Below, piece after piece: positions 25,366 through 37,374 of a stretch of 64,000 bases of DNA. Under the pieces are notes generated by a model. The model ran no database searches. It was given only the letters and a program-made list of their open reading frames with translations, and was not told the DNA's origin. This DNA is from Octopus sinensis (taxonomy: Eukaryota): NCBI RefSeq assembly GCF_006345805.1, contig NC_042997.1, positions 104,222,001 through 104,286,000 of the forward strand. The letters are read 5' to 3'. The first letter of the stretch is position 1. Every line of letters starts with the position of its first letter. The position numbers and the translations under genes are program-made.

Positions 25366-26480
25366 ACTGAGATAAATGCCGCAGTGGTGATGAACATGCC
25401 TAACTACTCTGAAAAATTGGCAAGTCTTATAAGTGATGGTAGCTACAGCAAAGAAAAGAAAGATCCAACTCTGAAAATAGAGAGGAAGTTGTCACAGATC
25501 TTGATCAAAAACCAGGATCACTTTACACCAATGAAGTACAGACAACTGACTCAACACTACAGTAAACTACCACACAACTACGGTCTCCTTAAGATTCACA
25601 AGGATGGTAATCCATTAAGATTCACAAGGATGGTATTCCATTAAGACCTATAGTAAGCTGTTGAGGTTCAGCATGTCATCCACTAAGCCGCTTCCTTGTG
25701 GATATAATCAGTCCATGAGCAGGAAAGTCAACATCGTACGTGAAGAATTCCACCCACTTCACAGAATTGATCAAGGATACTCCCATTGAATCCAACCAGA
25801 TGGTGAATCTAGATGTGATAGGTTTGTTCACCAAAGTCCCAACTGGTGAAGCACTATCGGTGATTCAAGAAAAACTAGTGACAGGCACCCATCTAAAAGA
25901 ACGCACTAGTATATCAACAAGAAACTTGATGGAAATGTTGACCTGTGTAAAAACTACCTACTTCAGTCTGGACACTGATATATGTCGACAAAAAGAGGGT
26001 TTAGCTATGGGTTCGCCATTATCACCGATAATAGCCAATATATACATAGAATACTTTGAGAATTTGGCTTTACGATCAACACCACTAAAACCAACCCTAT
26101 GGCTGCGATGTGTTGATGACACCTTTATACTCTGGCCCCACCAGGAAGATTTCAAGTGCTGTTTGATCATGTGAACTCAATAAAGCCATCCAAACAGTTC
26201 ACAATGGAAAAGGAAAAAGACAATCAGCTAGCATTCTTGAACGTATTAATAAAACGCACCAAGTATGGATCCAGGACATCCGTATACCGCAAGCCGACCT
26301 TCACTGGACGATACCTCAATTTCAATTCCTACCATCCATACAGTGTAAAGAGAGGGACTGTTCAGTACCTAAAATATCGTGCAAAGAATATAAGTAGCGA
26401 TCGGATACACACCACGAAGAAATGATCAAGCTCAGTAACAATCTATTAAGCAACAACTACCCCAAAAATATTCCAATTAT
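25366..26480 (+). pseudogene. Penelope-like element reverse transcriptase remnant (GIY-YIG domain not seen)
   Basis: YGLLKIHKDGIPLRPIVS, LDVIGLFTKVP, GLAMGSPLSPIIANIYIE, WLRCVDDTF and VYRKPTFTGRYLNFNSYHP are typical PLE RT motifs. The frame carries stops and frameshifts. Confidence 0.92.
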
Positions 26481-27068
26481 GAAGAAAAGAGAGATTAAAA
26501 CCAATAATAATAATAATAATAACAACAACATCGAATAATACCTTAGGAACAAGATGAGGACAAATATCCTTCATATGTAAATAATGTACATAATTCCTCA
26601 TATATATGACGTTTCATGGTCGATAAAATAATAAATTACCAGCCAAGTACAGTCGTCGCTGTAATTGGCTTATCGTCTTCCCTCAAAACGGCTGAAAAAA
26701 TTCTAATGTTAGTTAACAAATCAGTACCGAATGTATGATTCAAATTTATCATGAAATTTAATTTAATTAGCTGAGATTTTTACTAGAGTGTTCTGACGAG
26801 TGTTTCGTGTTAATCGACTTGTCAAACTACACACTTTCTCACTTTATCAACCTCCTGTCATCCACTCTCTCTTTCTTCTCCTCCCTAACGAAGATTCGAT
26901 TTAAATCGATATAATAAACATTCCGTATGAGAATTTTCGACGAAATTTATCCAATCGGGCTTTTCTTGTTACTGCAATTTTATATACAGAAACTATGTGT
27001 GCTGGAAAATGGATTTACGTTAATTAAACACCTGTGTGACTATCTATTTATCTATCAATCAATGTCTT

Positions 27069-27100
<32 letters not shown>

Positions 27101-27229
27101 TATGTCTACTCACAAACAAACACATCCACAAGTTTGAGTTAGAAAGAAATACAATTTTTATTTGCATTACCATCCGACGCACCTTCGCGCATGTGCGTGT
27201 GTTAATATATGCGTGTGTAATATAATATA

Positions 27230-27267
<38 letters not shown>

Positions 27268-27294
27268 TGTGTTTGTGTGTGTATATACACGTTA

Positions 27295-27352
<58 letters not shown>

Positions 27353-27463
27353 ATATATCATTTGAATATACACAGAAAAATATATATCTATATATAAGAA
27401 TTTTTTGCGTAATGAGATAATAAACCAAGGCTGTGTAGATATTAGAACATTTATAGATAGAAG

Positions 27464-27515
27464 GTCTTACAGCTGTTTCCAGGATATTTATTAATCATAT
27501 CCCTTCATCGGAGAC
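27464..27515 (-). ncRNA. Type I hammerhead-ribozyme-like motif inside an about 400-bp repeat
   Basis: GTCT-CCGATGA-A-GGGATAT-(9 nt)-ATATCCT-G-GAAA-CAGCTG-TA-AGAC: stems I and II plus a palindromic stem III, ACAGCTGT. U4 is C in this copy. Confidence 0.6.
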
Positions 27516-27849
27516 GGTGTGAGTTTAGCAATAGTTAGTTTGTATATGTATATATAAGATTATGCGTAGATATGCATAAGCACAATATAAGTACAAATAC
27601 AAACATTTATTTGTAAGATATGTGTGTGTGTGAGTGTGTGAATAAAAGTATTCCAGTAATATAAAAGCAAATTAGTAAATTAAGGCAAAAAAACATATGT
27701 ATGTTAGTGATGTAAAATTACATATAGAAATTAAAATATATACCGAATAACATACACAAATACACAAATTATTGAATTTTTTCTTTTATTTGAGAATGTA
27801 AACCATCAATTAATTTTAGTGTCTAGTGTCTGAGAGAGACAGTTCTGCA

Positions 27850-28090
27850 GTCTCTTACTGAACAGCCTACACAGATGATTTGTATATAGTGATCAATTTT
27901 TGTGCTGTGCATTAATTAGCTCACTACCACAAACACACCAATGCTGTCTGTACAGATGCATAGTGTACCACACGTCAGATGTCAAAATGATCGTAGAGCA
28001 ACGTGAGATGGGATGTTTTGCTCAAAAACACAAAGTATACAGCCTGGTCCGGTCAATCGAGAGTGCAACACTACAGCTACTACGCCAAGC
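27850..28090 (-). mobile_element. SINE family E, diverged
   Basis: CAGATGTCAAAATGATCGTAGAGCAACGTGAGATG resembles 20470-20510. Confidence 0.6.
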
Positions 28091-28157
28091 GACTTGTCAA
28101 TGTAAATATCGATGAATGGCGTTAACTGTAGCTAGCACTCTGAAAATTATATATATG

Positions 28158-28196
28158 AGGCGTAGGAGTGGCTGTGTGGTAAGTAGCTTGCTAACC
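28158..28196 (+). mobile_element. 5-prime stub of a family A SINE (target of the LINE)
   Basis: AGGCGTAGGAGTGGCTGTGTGGTAAGTAGCTTGCTAACC. Confidence 0.9.
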
Positions 28197-28617
28197 TCAC
28201 TGACTGAAGAGTGACTTTGCTTACCTTACTACGGTTTGGACGCGTTTTCTTCCCGGTAAGAGTTTTGCTGTGTTGTTAATATTACTTCGTACCATCTGGA
28301 ACTTGTTGAATTTTACTACTGAAAATTTGTTGTTGAACTGTCTTGTTCCCCGGTTTTACCGGGGAATAATTGGATAATTTGTTACTGTTGAACTGTTAGC
28401 CATTGTGGCTTTTTTATCTACGTGACTGTATATAGTCTTTCCAGACTATCTTCGTGCCCCTCCCCCGAATGGGGGTGGGAATTAAACCTAATTTTTGAAC
28501 TGCTTTTTACCACTCATTGAACTGCTTTGGAAGAAAAACTTTTTATAGGTTTCCCAATTTTGTGGGAAACCAATATTTGTATTTTTTGTGTTGTCTATTA
28601 CTAATTTCAACAGAATA

Positions 28618-30031
28618 ATGTCTTTTGAGATTATCCACGAAAATAGTGCTCTAGAGGAAAGCAATGTTGATAACTGCAGTAAAAAATTTTCGGCGGTAGC
28701 CGCAGTGGCAACCGAGAACATTGACATTAATGTCAATCAGCTCGTCGAGCTATTTAAAAGAATGAAAGAGGAGGGTGGTGATGCTAAAATATCACCCTCC
28801 GCCAGTATCGTGGAGACCGAGAAGCGGACCGTAGTGTTTAAAACCTTCTGTCCACAAAGCAGAAGGTTCAAACACTTTGAAAAGAATACTATCGAGAAAT
28901 GCCTGTCCCCGATTTGGAAGGACATTGTGCACGTCGCCAGGGGACGGGCATATGGCACTGTGGAGGTCCGCTTCTCGGGGGAAGAGGTGGCCCGCGGGCA
29001 TTCTGTGAATCCCCTAAAAACCAGGAGGTGGTACTTCTGCCAACCTATAAGGGACGCAGGGCGTCCCGGGTCCGGATTGCAGAAGCACCGTCGGAAGTAG
29101 ATCCTGTAGAGGTAGTGGCCGCCCAGTTATATAAAAGGACAGACAAAATTAATATATTACAGGTAACATGCTCTGTCCCTCAATATTGGCTTGGGCGAGA
29201 CATTAATGTAATAATTCAAGGAACACAGGAGACCTGCAGGTCCTTCCTGAGAGGGTGCTCGTGGGCGAGAATGTTGCCCTCAGGGTACAGATCGAAGGCC
29301 GAAAACCCACCTGTTACGCCTGCAGCAAAAAGGGCCACATTCGTATAGACTGTCCAGACAAGCAAAATAAACCGCAGACTCCAGGCCCCTCAGATAATAA
29401 AAAAATCCCTACCCTTGCAAACTCACCTACCCCTACAAAAAACAAAAAGTCCCACTTCTGCTGTTACGGTGCCAACCCCAAAACAAACTGACAAAAAAAC
29501 CCAGCCCTTGCACTCACCAACCCCTACATTATTAAAACTTCCCATCCCCTTAAAAACTGCGGCGCCTACTGAACAAAATATTGCTACCCCAGACTATACC
29601 ATGGAGGTATCAGAGTGGGGATTTACAACAGTTCGTAAAAGAACTCGTGCATCATCCCCGTTAACATCCCCTACAAAAAATAATAAAAACAAAGACACAC
29701 CACAGACACCAAAAAAAAAAAATCCCGCCCAACTGGCCCAGAAAAACAAGACAAAAAAAATGAACTCATATTAATTGAATATGATACACAAAAATATATA
29801 AACGATATTGTGGTTCCGCATCACACAGCAAGACTGTACAACAAACACAAAGATCGAAACGAAAGATGTGCGTGGATTGCGGAAATAACGTTCAAACAAT
29901 TAAAAGACAAACACCCAAACGCCATCCGGCGTATCGCGAACTTGCCGGACTATCTGAAGAAGGAGGAGAAAGAAGGGGCCCACAAATGTGTGGTGAGGTC
30001 GGCCCCAACCTCTCCAACGAAATGTAAGTAG
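28618..30031 (+). pseudogene. LINE ORF1 (gag-like), frameshifted
   Basis: Begins MSFEIIHENSALEES, contains the zinc knuckle CYACSKKGHIRIDC, then a P/T/K-rich linker. Split across several ORFs in the track. Confidence 0.85.
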
Positions 30032-30048
30032 AACTTTTACATTTTGTA

Positions 30049-33000
30049 ATGGGTTCTCTTAACCTTGGTTGTTTAAATATGCGTGGTCTGAGTTCGAAGT
30101 GGAAGCAGGCTTGTTTCCTCGACGACCTCAGATCACATGATATACATGTGATGGTTGCTACAGAGACCAAGCTGGACAGCCTACAAACTTTCTCGCCTCT
30201 CCTGAATGGCTACGAGAAAATCATGCCTCCTGGCCAGACCGGAGGGCGAGGGGTTGTAGTGGTACTGATCCGTAAAGACTTGGCTCTGCAGACAAGTACA
30301 GTCTATGTGGACCCAGAAGGTGGGCTGGTCGTCCTTGATGTGACATACAGCAGTAAGGCCTTCAGGTTGATCGGACTCTAGGCACCTTGTGCTAGAGGTT
30401 TCCAAACTGATTTTTATCGGCGCTTAGAGGGCTTTCTCGTGACGTCGAAGACTTTAGTGGTATTAGGGGACTTTAATGCTATCGTTGCCGTACACATCGA
30501 TAGCGTTGACTCGATCCATAGGAAAGTGAATTCACGTCTCGTGGATCTGCTTAAGCGGTTTCAGCTGGCAGATCGTTACAGACTTGACCATCCGAACGTC
30601 CCAGAGTGGACCTGGATGAGTGGCGACGGAAGGTTCAAGTCTTATCTAGACAGGATAGTGATAAGAACTAGAGATAAGTCTAGTTTTAGTTGTCCACAGC
30701 TCGTCCAGGTGCCCTATACTGACCATAGAATGGTCAAGTGTAGACTGGACATAGATAGCACACTTAAGATAGGAACCGGCTACTGGAAGCTGAACAAGTC
30801 TATTTTGACTCGCGAGGCATACCGTAGCCGGTTTAAGGAGTTAGTGCAGAGGGCGTTAACCGGAGCCGTGGTTAATAAACGGTGGTGGTTCGCCCTCAAA
30901 AGAGCCATTCGATTCGAGTCCATTAGATTTAGTAAACCACTAAGAATAGATAGGGCTAGAATAGAAGGGCAACTAGTTAAGAACTTAGAGGAGGCGTTGA
31001 GGTTGGGCTCTGCATCTCATATTTTAGCGGCGAGAACGGCAATAGACCGTCACCTCAAAACCAAACATGAGGGATGTAGAGTTCGGGCTAAAGTACGAGC
31101 ATTGGGCCGTGAGGGAATTAATGTTGCCGGATGGGCCCGTACGATAGAAACACAGCGTGGCAACGATGCTACAATTGAGTCTCTTGTTGATGAAAACGGA
31201 TGCACGGTCAAGAAGCGGGACGAGATGTGTGAGGCACTTCACAAGCACTTCGCCGAGTTGTTCGGGAGGAGCGGGACGCTGGATTATGGTGAAGCCCTTA
31301 GGGACTTCCTGTCTTGTGGCCCGCGTCTCTAGACACGAGAGGCTGAGTGCTGTGAAGGGCCAATCACAGCCGAGGAAGTAATCGAGGTGTTGGGCAAGTG
31401 CCCTGGGGAGAAGTCGCCGGGTCTCGATGGTCTGCCCTATGAATTTTATAAAAGTATGCCAGACTTGTTCGGGCACCTGCTGGCTAGCGTCTACGCCAAC
31501 TGGCAGCAGAATGGGAGAATTCCCAAGTCTGCGAGCCGGGGTGGGGGGGTGACGTTGATCAGGAAGGACCCGAGCAAGGGGGACGAGATAGGGAAATTCA
31601 GGCCCATAACTCTGCTGAACACAGAGTTAAAGATTCTGGCCAAGGTGCTAGCAAAAAGGTTGGGGCGGGTCGTGGACAAACTTGTCGGGGAAGCGCAAAC
31701 GTGCGCTATCCCTGGCAGAACGATCCACGATAATCTCCGCCTTATACGCTACTCCTTAGAGAGGGTGGGGAAGCTTTCTGGCGCAGGGGGAGCACTGGTA
31801 CATTTAGACCAGTCCAAAGCATTTGAAAGGGTCGACCATCGGTACTTGGCGGCGGTCCTCGGAGAGGCTGGCCTAGGCCCGACCTTTCGAGGTTGAATCG
31901 CTGCTTTGTATAGCGACATCGAGTCTGTAGTCAAGGTGAACGGTTTCTTTTCGAAGCCGTTCAGGATCAAGCGTTCAGTTCGTCAGGGGTGTCCCCTGTC
32001 CTCGCTCCTATACGTATTGGCTCTTGAGCCTTTGCTGCGGAAGTTGGAGGCACTAGGGAGGGCGCCGCATGATCTATGGTGTGGAATAGGAGCTACGGCG
32101 TATGCGATGACACCTCCATCATCGTGGCAGATGAAGGCCTGCTTCCAGTGGTGGAAGAGGCCATCAAAAGCTACGAGGCGGTGGCAGGAGCAAAGGTTAA
32201 CAAGGACAAGTCGGTCGGTTTGCAACTCGGCACCTGGAGGGATTAGTCGATGCCGTCCAATAACGTCGTGGGGCGTTGGACAGAAGGTCCTGTTAAGCTG
32301 CTCGGGGTCTGGATTGGCCCAGACCTCCAGATAGAGAAAAATTGGAGTGACGTTGCCAGCAAGGTGACCGCTTTAACCCAGACCTGGTCTGGGCGGGCGT
32401 TATCTCTGCCAGGGAAAGCGGAGGTGGTGCAGATGTTTATAGCATCCAGTAATCACCTACCGTCTGACCGTGGTGCCTTGCCCCGATTTGTGTCTGAACA
32501 AGTTGGAGAGAATCCTTTTCCGCTTTTTGTGGAAAGGAAGAAAGCCACTTGTAAAGCGCTCTGTCTGTTGCCAGAAACCGCTAAAGGGTGGGCTAGGGAT
32601 GACTTGGCTGAGGATGCGAAAACTCGCGTTAAGGTTGAGGCACCTCTGGCTTTACCTGGATGGAGAGCAGGTGTGGTCACCGCATGTCCAGTTCTACCTT
32701 CCCCAGTTAACATCCCTAACGGACATCGGTGCAAGGATCAAGCGGAAACCTAAACTGGGTGAATGGCATTTGGAGTGCCGTCAGGCGCTCCAGCTACTCT
32801 CTCGGGCGGGCAACGCCGGCAACAGGAGTTCCACCACGGATTTCTATAGTGGGTTAGTGGAACTTATGTCAGAAGATGCCTTAGGGAAAGCCCTGGGCTA
32901 CGATGAAGATCAGTTGGTCAACCTGTTCCGGAGGACGTTCGGGCCGGGGTATCTGGATAATTACCAGAAATCCCTGGCCTGGTAGTGTTTCCGTGCGGCT

Positions 33001-33453
33001 TTACCTGTTCGCAACAAGCTGTCAAGGCACAGAAGTGCCGTCTCACCGACATGCCCGTGATGCGAGCAGGATAGGGAAACCGTCTTGCACGCATACGTGG
33101 AGTGTCCGGAGTTATCGGAACTGATAGCTTTTGCCGAACAACTGTTGTCAATGATGGGAAGAGTACAGCAATCAGCTGAGTCTATCATCGAGATTGTGCC
33201 GCCTCCTTTCCTTAACAGGAAAAGAAAGGCTTGTTTTTTCTGTGTAGTAGCCATATTGAAAGAAACAGTATGAAAGACGCGCACGAAAGGTATAGTGACA
33301 GGTACCTTTGTCTCCGGCCAGGGGTTGATTAACCTTTTTAGTTACCACCTCAGTAGCAAAATCAGGCTGGAGAAGAGGTGTCTGTCACGAGATATGTTTG
33401 TGAAAATATGGAAGCCTGTGGCATGCAAGCTGAGTATGTTTGGCACCAGGTAA
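30049..33453 (+). pseudogene. LINE ORF2 (AP endonuclease + reverse transcriptase), disrupted
   Basis: LNMRGL, VATET, LGDFNA, SYLDRI, TDHRMV, SPGLDGLPYEFY, FRPITLLNTELKILAKVLA, DQSKAFERVDH, RQGCPLSSLLY, frameshifted AYADD, and ETVLHAYVEC. Confidence 0.93.
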
Positions 33454-33688
33454 GTGTGACCGGGTCAAAAAGTAAAGGTTCTACCCGGATGGCTGGGTGT
33501 CTGTCCTTCGACATGATCACTAAGTAATACTTTTAAACATTGTCTTCGAAAAATCCATTGCTTATAATCTTATCCGTAATTTCATTCGAAAATTTTAACT
33601 GTGTTAAGCAACTTCACCCTTTATATCTGTCTGTCCTTGTTTGTCCTCTCTTTGTAAATGCCTAAATGGCAAATTATATGAAATAAAA

Positions 33689-34060
33689 TAGCTTGCTTAT
33701 GAACCACATGGTTCCGGGTTCAATCCCACTGCGTGGCACGTTCGGCAAGTGTCTTCTACTATAGCCTCGGACTAACGAAAGCCTTGTGAGTGGATTTGGT
33801 AGACGGAAACTGAAAGAAGCCTGTCGTATATATGTATACATGCATCTGTGTGAATATGTTTGTGTGTCTGTGTTTGTCCCCTCAACATCGCTTGACAAAT
33901 GATGCTGGTGTGTTTACGTCCCTGTAACTTAGCGGTTCGGCAAAAGAGACTGATAGAATAAGTACTAGGCTTACAAAGAATAAGTCCTGGGGTCGATTTG
34001 CTCGACTAAAGGTGGTGCTCCAGCATGGCCACAGTCATATAACTGAAACACGTAAAATAA
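33689..34060 (+). mobile_element. Remainder of the family A SINE split by the LINE
   Basis: TAGCTTGCTTATGAACCACATGGTTCCGGGTTCAATCCC...CAGCATGGCCACAGTC. Confidence 0.9.
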
Positions 34061-34075
34061 TATAAGAGTATATAT

Positions 34076-34114
<39 letters not shown>

Positions 34115-34123
34115 TCTTTATTG

Positions 34124-34335
34124 TTTTACTTTTTTCGGTTATTTGACTGCAGCCATGCTGGAGCAACGCATCGAAGTGTTCTTGTCGAGCACTTCGACAC
34201 CAGGACATAATTTTTAACTTAGTACTTATTCTATCGGTCTCTTTGCCGAACTGCTACACTTCGGGGACGTAAACACACTGATGCCGCTTGTCAAGCGATG
34301 ATGTAGATGGGGGGACAAACACAGACAGAAAGACA
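34124..34335 (-). mobile_element. SINE family A, 3-prime half, tail-to-tail with 33689-34060
   Basis: GACTGCAGCCATGCTGGAGC...AGTACTTATTCTATCGGTCTC...GGGGACAAACAC. Confidence 0.8.
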
Positions 34336-34351
34336 CAGTTACAAACATATA

Positions 34352-34391
<40 letters not shown>

Positions 34392-34439
34392 TATATTATA
34401 TGTATATATGTTTGTAACTGTGTCTTTCTGCCTCCTCCT

Positions 34440-34880
34440 CTCCTCTCTTCATTTCACACCTACTTCCTCCCCTACCCATCACTCCTCTCCTCTCTTCCCT
34501 TGACACCTACTTTCTCTCTTTACTCCTACACACCTCTCCCTCAATGTTACCACCTCCACCCACACCCCACACCCACATCCCACCCCAACACACACATCCC
34601 ACTCGCACATACCCCAACCCTGCCCCCACATCCTCACAACAAACCCACACCCCACCCTCACATTCCCGTACCCTACCCTCGTATCCCCACACGCCAACAC
34701 CACCACATCACACTAAACCACACCACCACACCACATCACAACACTCCGCATACACTAGTACTGACCAGTTCCCATCACCTACACCATCATCCACACACCC
34801 ACACATTACAGACGCACACACTTACACACACAAACATCCACACGCCAGAGTCACCAACCCCTGTCCACACACACGCACAC
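34440..34880. repeat. C/A-rich low-complexity tract
   Basis: Direct reading. Source of the His/Pro/Thr-rich pseudo-ORFs. Confidence 0.8.
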
Positions 34881-35175
34881 ACATTCTTACATACATACGT
34901 AAGCGCTCCTTCGTTTTGGGATCACCAATACTTTATTATCTCCCCCTTCTTACCTCTTCTGCCTAACTACCTCTACCCAGTCAACCGTCATGAATGACCG
35001 CTGGCTTCAGATTTTTTAATTCTTTCTCTGTTTATACCTTCGTGTTCCTCTCTGTTGAAGAGCCTAGACTCGAAACGTAAAAGATTTTCTCACCTTCCCG
35101 AGCGTTAAACTAATACGCCTGCTTCTTGTTTTTACACCTGTCTTCGTTTTTTTTGGGGGGTTTTCTGTAAGTTTG

Positions 35176-35219
<44 letters not shown>

Positions 35220-35240
35220 ATATATATATATATATATAGA

Positions 35241-35273
<33 letters not shown>

Positions 35274-35317
35274 ATACAGTAAAGATGATTTACTTTACAT
35301 ATCTAACTGAAACAAAT

Positions 35318-35530
35318 TCGGTGAGCTTGCAGAATCGTTCCCACGCCGGGTAAATGCTTAGTGGCATTTCGTCCATCCTTACCTTCTGATTTGAAATTCC
35401 GCCAGAGTTGACTTTGCCTTTCATCCCTTTCTGGGGCGATGAAATAAGTACCAGTTACGCTCTGGGGTCGATGTGATCGACCAGTCCTCTTCCCAAATTG
35501 TTTAGGCCTTGTGCCTACAGCAGAATAGAC
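35318..35530 (+). mobile_element. SINE family B
   Basis: GAGCTTGCAGAATCGTT...TTTGAAATTCCGCCAGAGTTGACTTTGCCTTTCATCCC...GGCCTTGTGCCTAC. Confidence 0.85.
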
Positions 35531-35751
35531 ATTTAACTGAAACATTTTGAAATAAAACTCATTTTAATTCGTGTAAAGTGATATCCACATCCGTTTTTGA
35601 AATCATTAAATCTCACCAATGAAGAGTCTTTATCATATATGACTGCTTTCATCAATCCTAGAAACGTTTTGAAGCAGCAAACAGCCCGAAAGAATTTTAG
35701 CCTGTTGCAATTTGCATCATAAAATATATCTCTAGTTTACTGTCAAAGATA

Positions 35752-35972
35752 TTGGTTACAAATTTTGAAGCAAGGCCATCAGATTTTGAGGGTAATCGAT
35801 TAAATGACTGGTATTATCTTATCGATCCTGAAAAGGTGAAAGACAAAGGTGACGTTGGCAGAGTCTGAATTCGGAACGTGAAGACGGAACATAAAGACAT
35901 AGCGTGAAGACAGACTAAGAGTCTTTAAGCTTTCCACCTGGCGTGCTAACGATTTTGTCAGTTCACTGCCTT
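35752..35972 (-). mobile_element. SINE family B, inverted relative to 35318-35530
   Basis: TATCGATCCTGAAAAGGTGAAAGACAAAGGTGAC...GGCGTGCTAACGATTTTGTCAG. Confidence 0.75.
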
Positions 35973-36589
35973 TGTACTTTCGAAGATATTAACATTTATC
36001 ATAACAATTTTGTTTCCTTCCCCAACTAAATGATAAGTTTGAATTAAAATACTACTCACAGACGACTTTAAATCTATTTCCCTTAGATTACGCACAAAAA
36101 TATGCCATTCTATCATCCAGCGACAGAAATAACATTACATACATTGGCATTTACGAAACGATTTGAGAAATATTTACATACTTTAATTATCTTATTTGCT
36201 TACTTGTTTCAGTCATTGGACTACACTCATGCCTTGAAGGGTGTAGTACCTCACACTGATCCCAGTACATACTTTTCAGAGTGCATACAGTTGTGATTGC
36301 GTAGTGAAAATTTTAAGCACACACCTATGCTACGATTGCTAGCAATGCAAAGACCATCAGAACTAGACACACACACACACAATACATACAAACATTTTTT
36401 GCCAAATAAACATACTCACTATACTATCGTTCTACACTTTAGACTTATTATTGATCATATATTGTGACCTTTGTCTGGGAAACTTTTGCGGTACATCCTG
36501 TGACATCTTCAACGACGCTCCATCCCACGTTTCTCCTCCTGTTCTGTTAAGTCCATTCTGTTTTTATACATGTGTGTGTGTGTGTGAAA

Positions 36590-37110
36590 CTTTTACCTTT
36601 GATTTGTTTCAGTCATTAGACTCCGATTATGCTGGGGCACGGCCTTCAACTTTTAGTCGAATTAATCTACCCCGGTTCTTACTGTTTGTTTGATTTTTTA
36701 AAACCTGGTACTTATTTTATCTCTGTCTTTTGCTGAAAGGCTACTTTATGAGTCGTAAACACACCAACACCAGTTGACATGCGATGGTGGGGGACAAACA
36801 CAGAGACAAAGATACACACACGTAGATACGTGTATGTATGTGTGTATATATAAATATATATACACACACGCACACATACATACATACATGCATACATACA
36901 TACTTACATACATACATGACTACATACATACATACATACATACATACATACATACATACATACATAATACATACATATACGATAGGAATCTTCTCGATTC
37001 CGTCAGCCAAATTCACCTATAAGTCCAGAAGGTGCCCAAATGCCCACAATAGGTCTGAACCCGGAACCCTGTGGTGGGATGCAAACACCCCTTACCACAA
37101 AGCCAATATG
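36590..37110 (-). mobile_element. SINE family A, diverged, with an expanded ATAC linker
   Basis: Tail TTGTTTCAGTCATT, middle GGGGACAAACAC, head CTGAACCCGGAACC...CTTACCACAAAGCC. Confidence 0.7.
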
Positions 37111-37189
37111 TATATATACATACATACATACATACATACACATATATACATATTTATATATGTATATATATATATACATATTTATATAA

Positions 37190-37227
<38 letters not shown>

Positions 37228-37316
37228 TGTGTATATATATATAGTGTGTGTGCATATACTTATGTGTATGTATGTACGTATACATATGTATATATATATA
37301 TATATATATACCTATA

Positions 37317-37374
<58 letters not shown>

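Larger units (their letters stand above)
28197..33688 (+). mobile_element. Near full-length L1/Tx1-type LINE, decayed
   Basis: 5-prime UTR, ORF1 with CCHC knuckle, ORF2 with APE, RT and C-terminal CCHC, and a 3-prime UTR ending AATAAAA. TSD TAGCTTGCT at 28184-28192 and 33689-33697. Confidence 0.92.

Noticed and set aside
29300-29360. LTR retrotransposon or retroviral gag
   Set aside because: The CCHC knuckle is followed by APE-RT, with no LTRs, protease or integrase.
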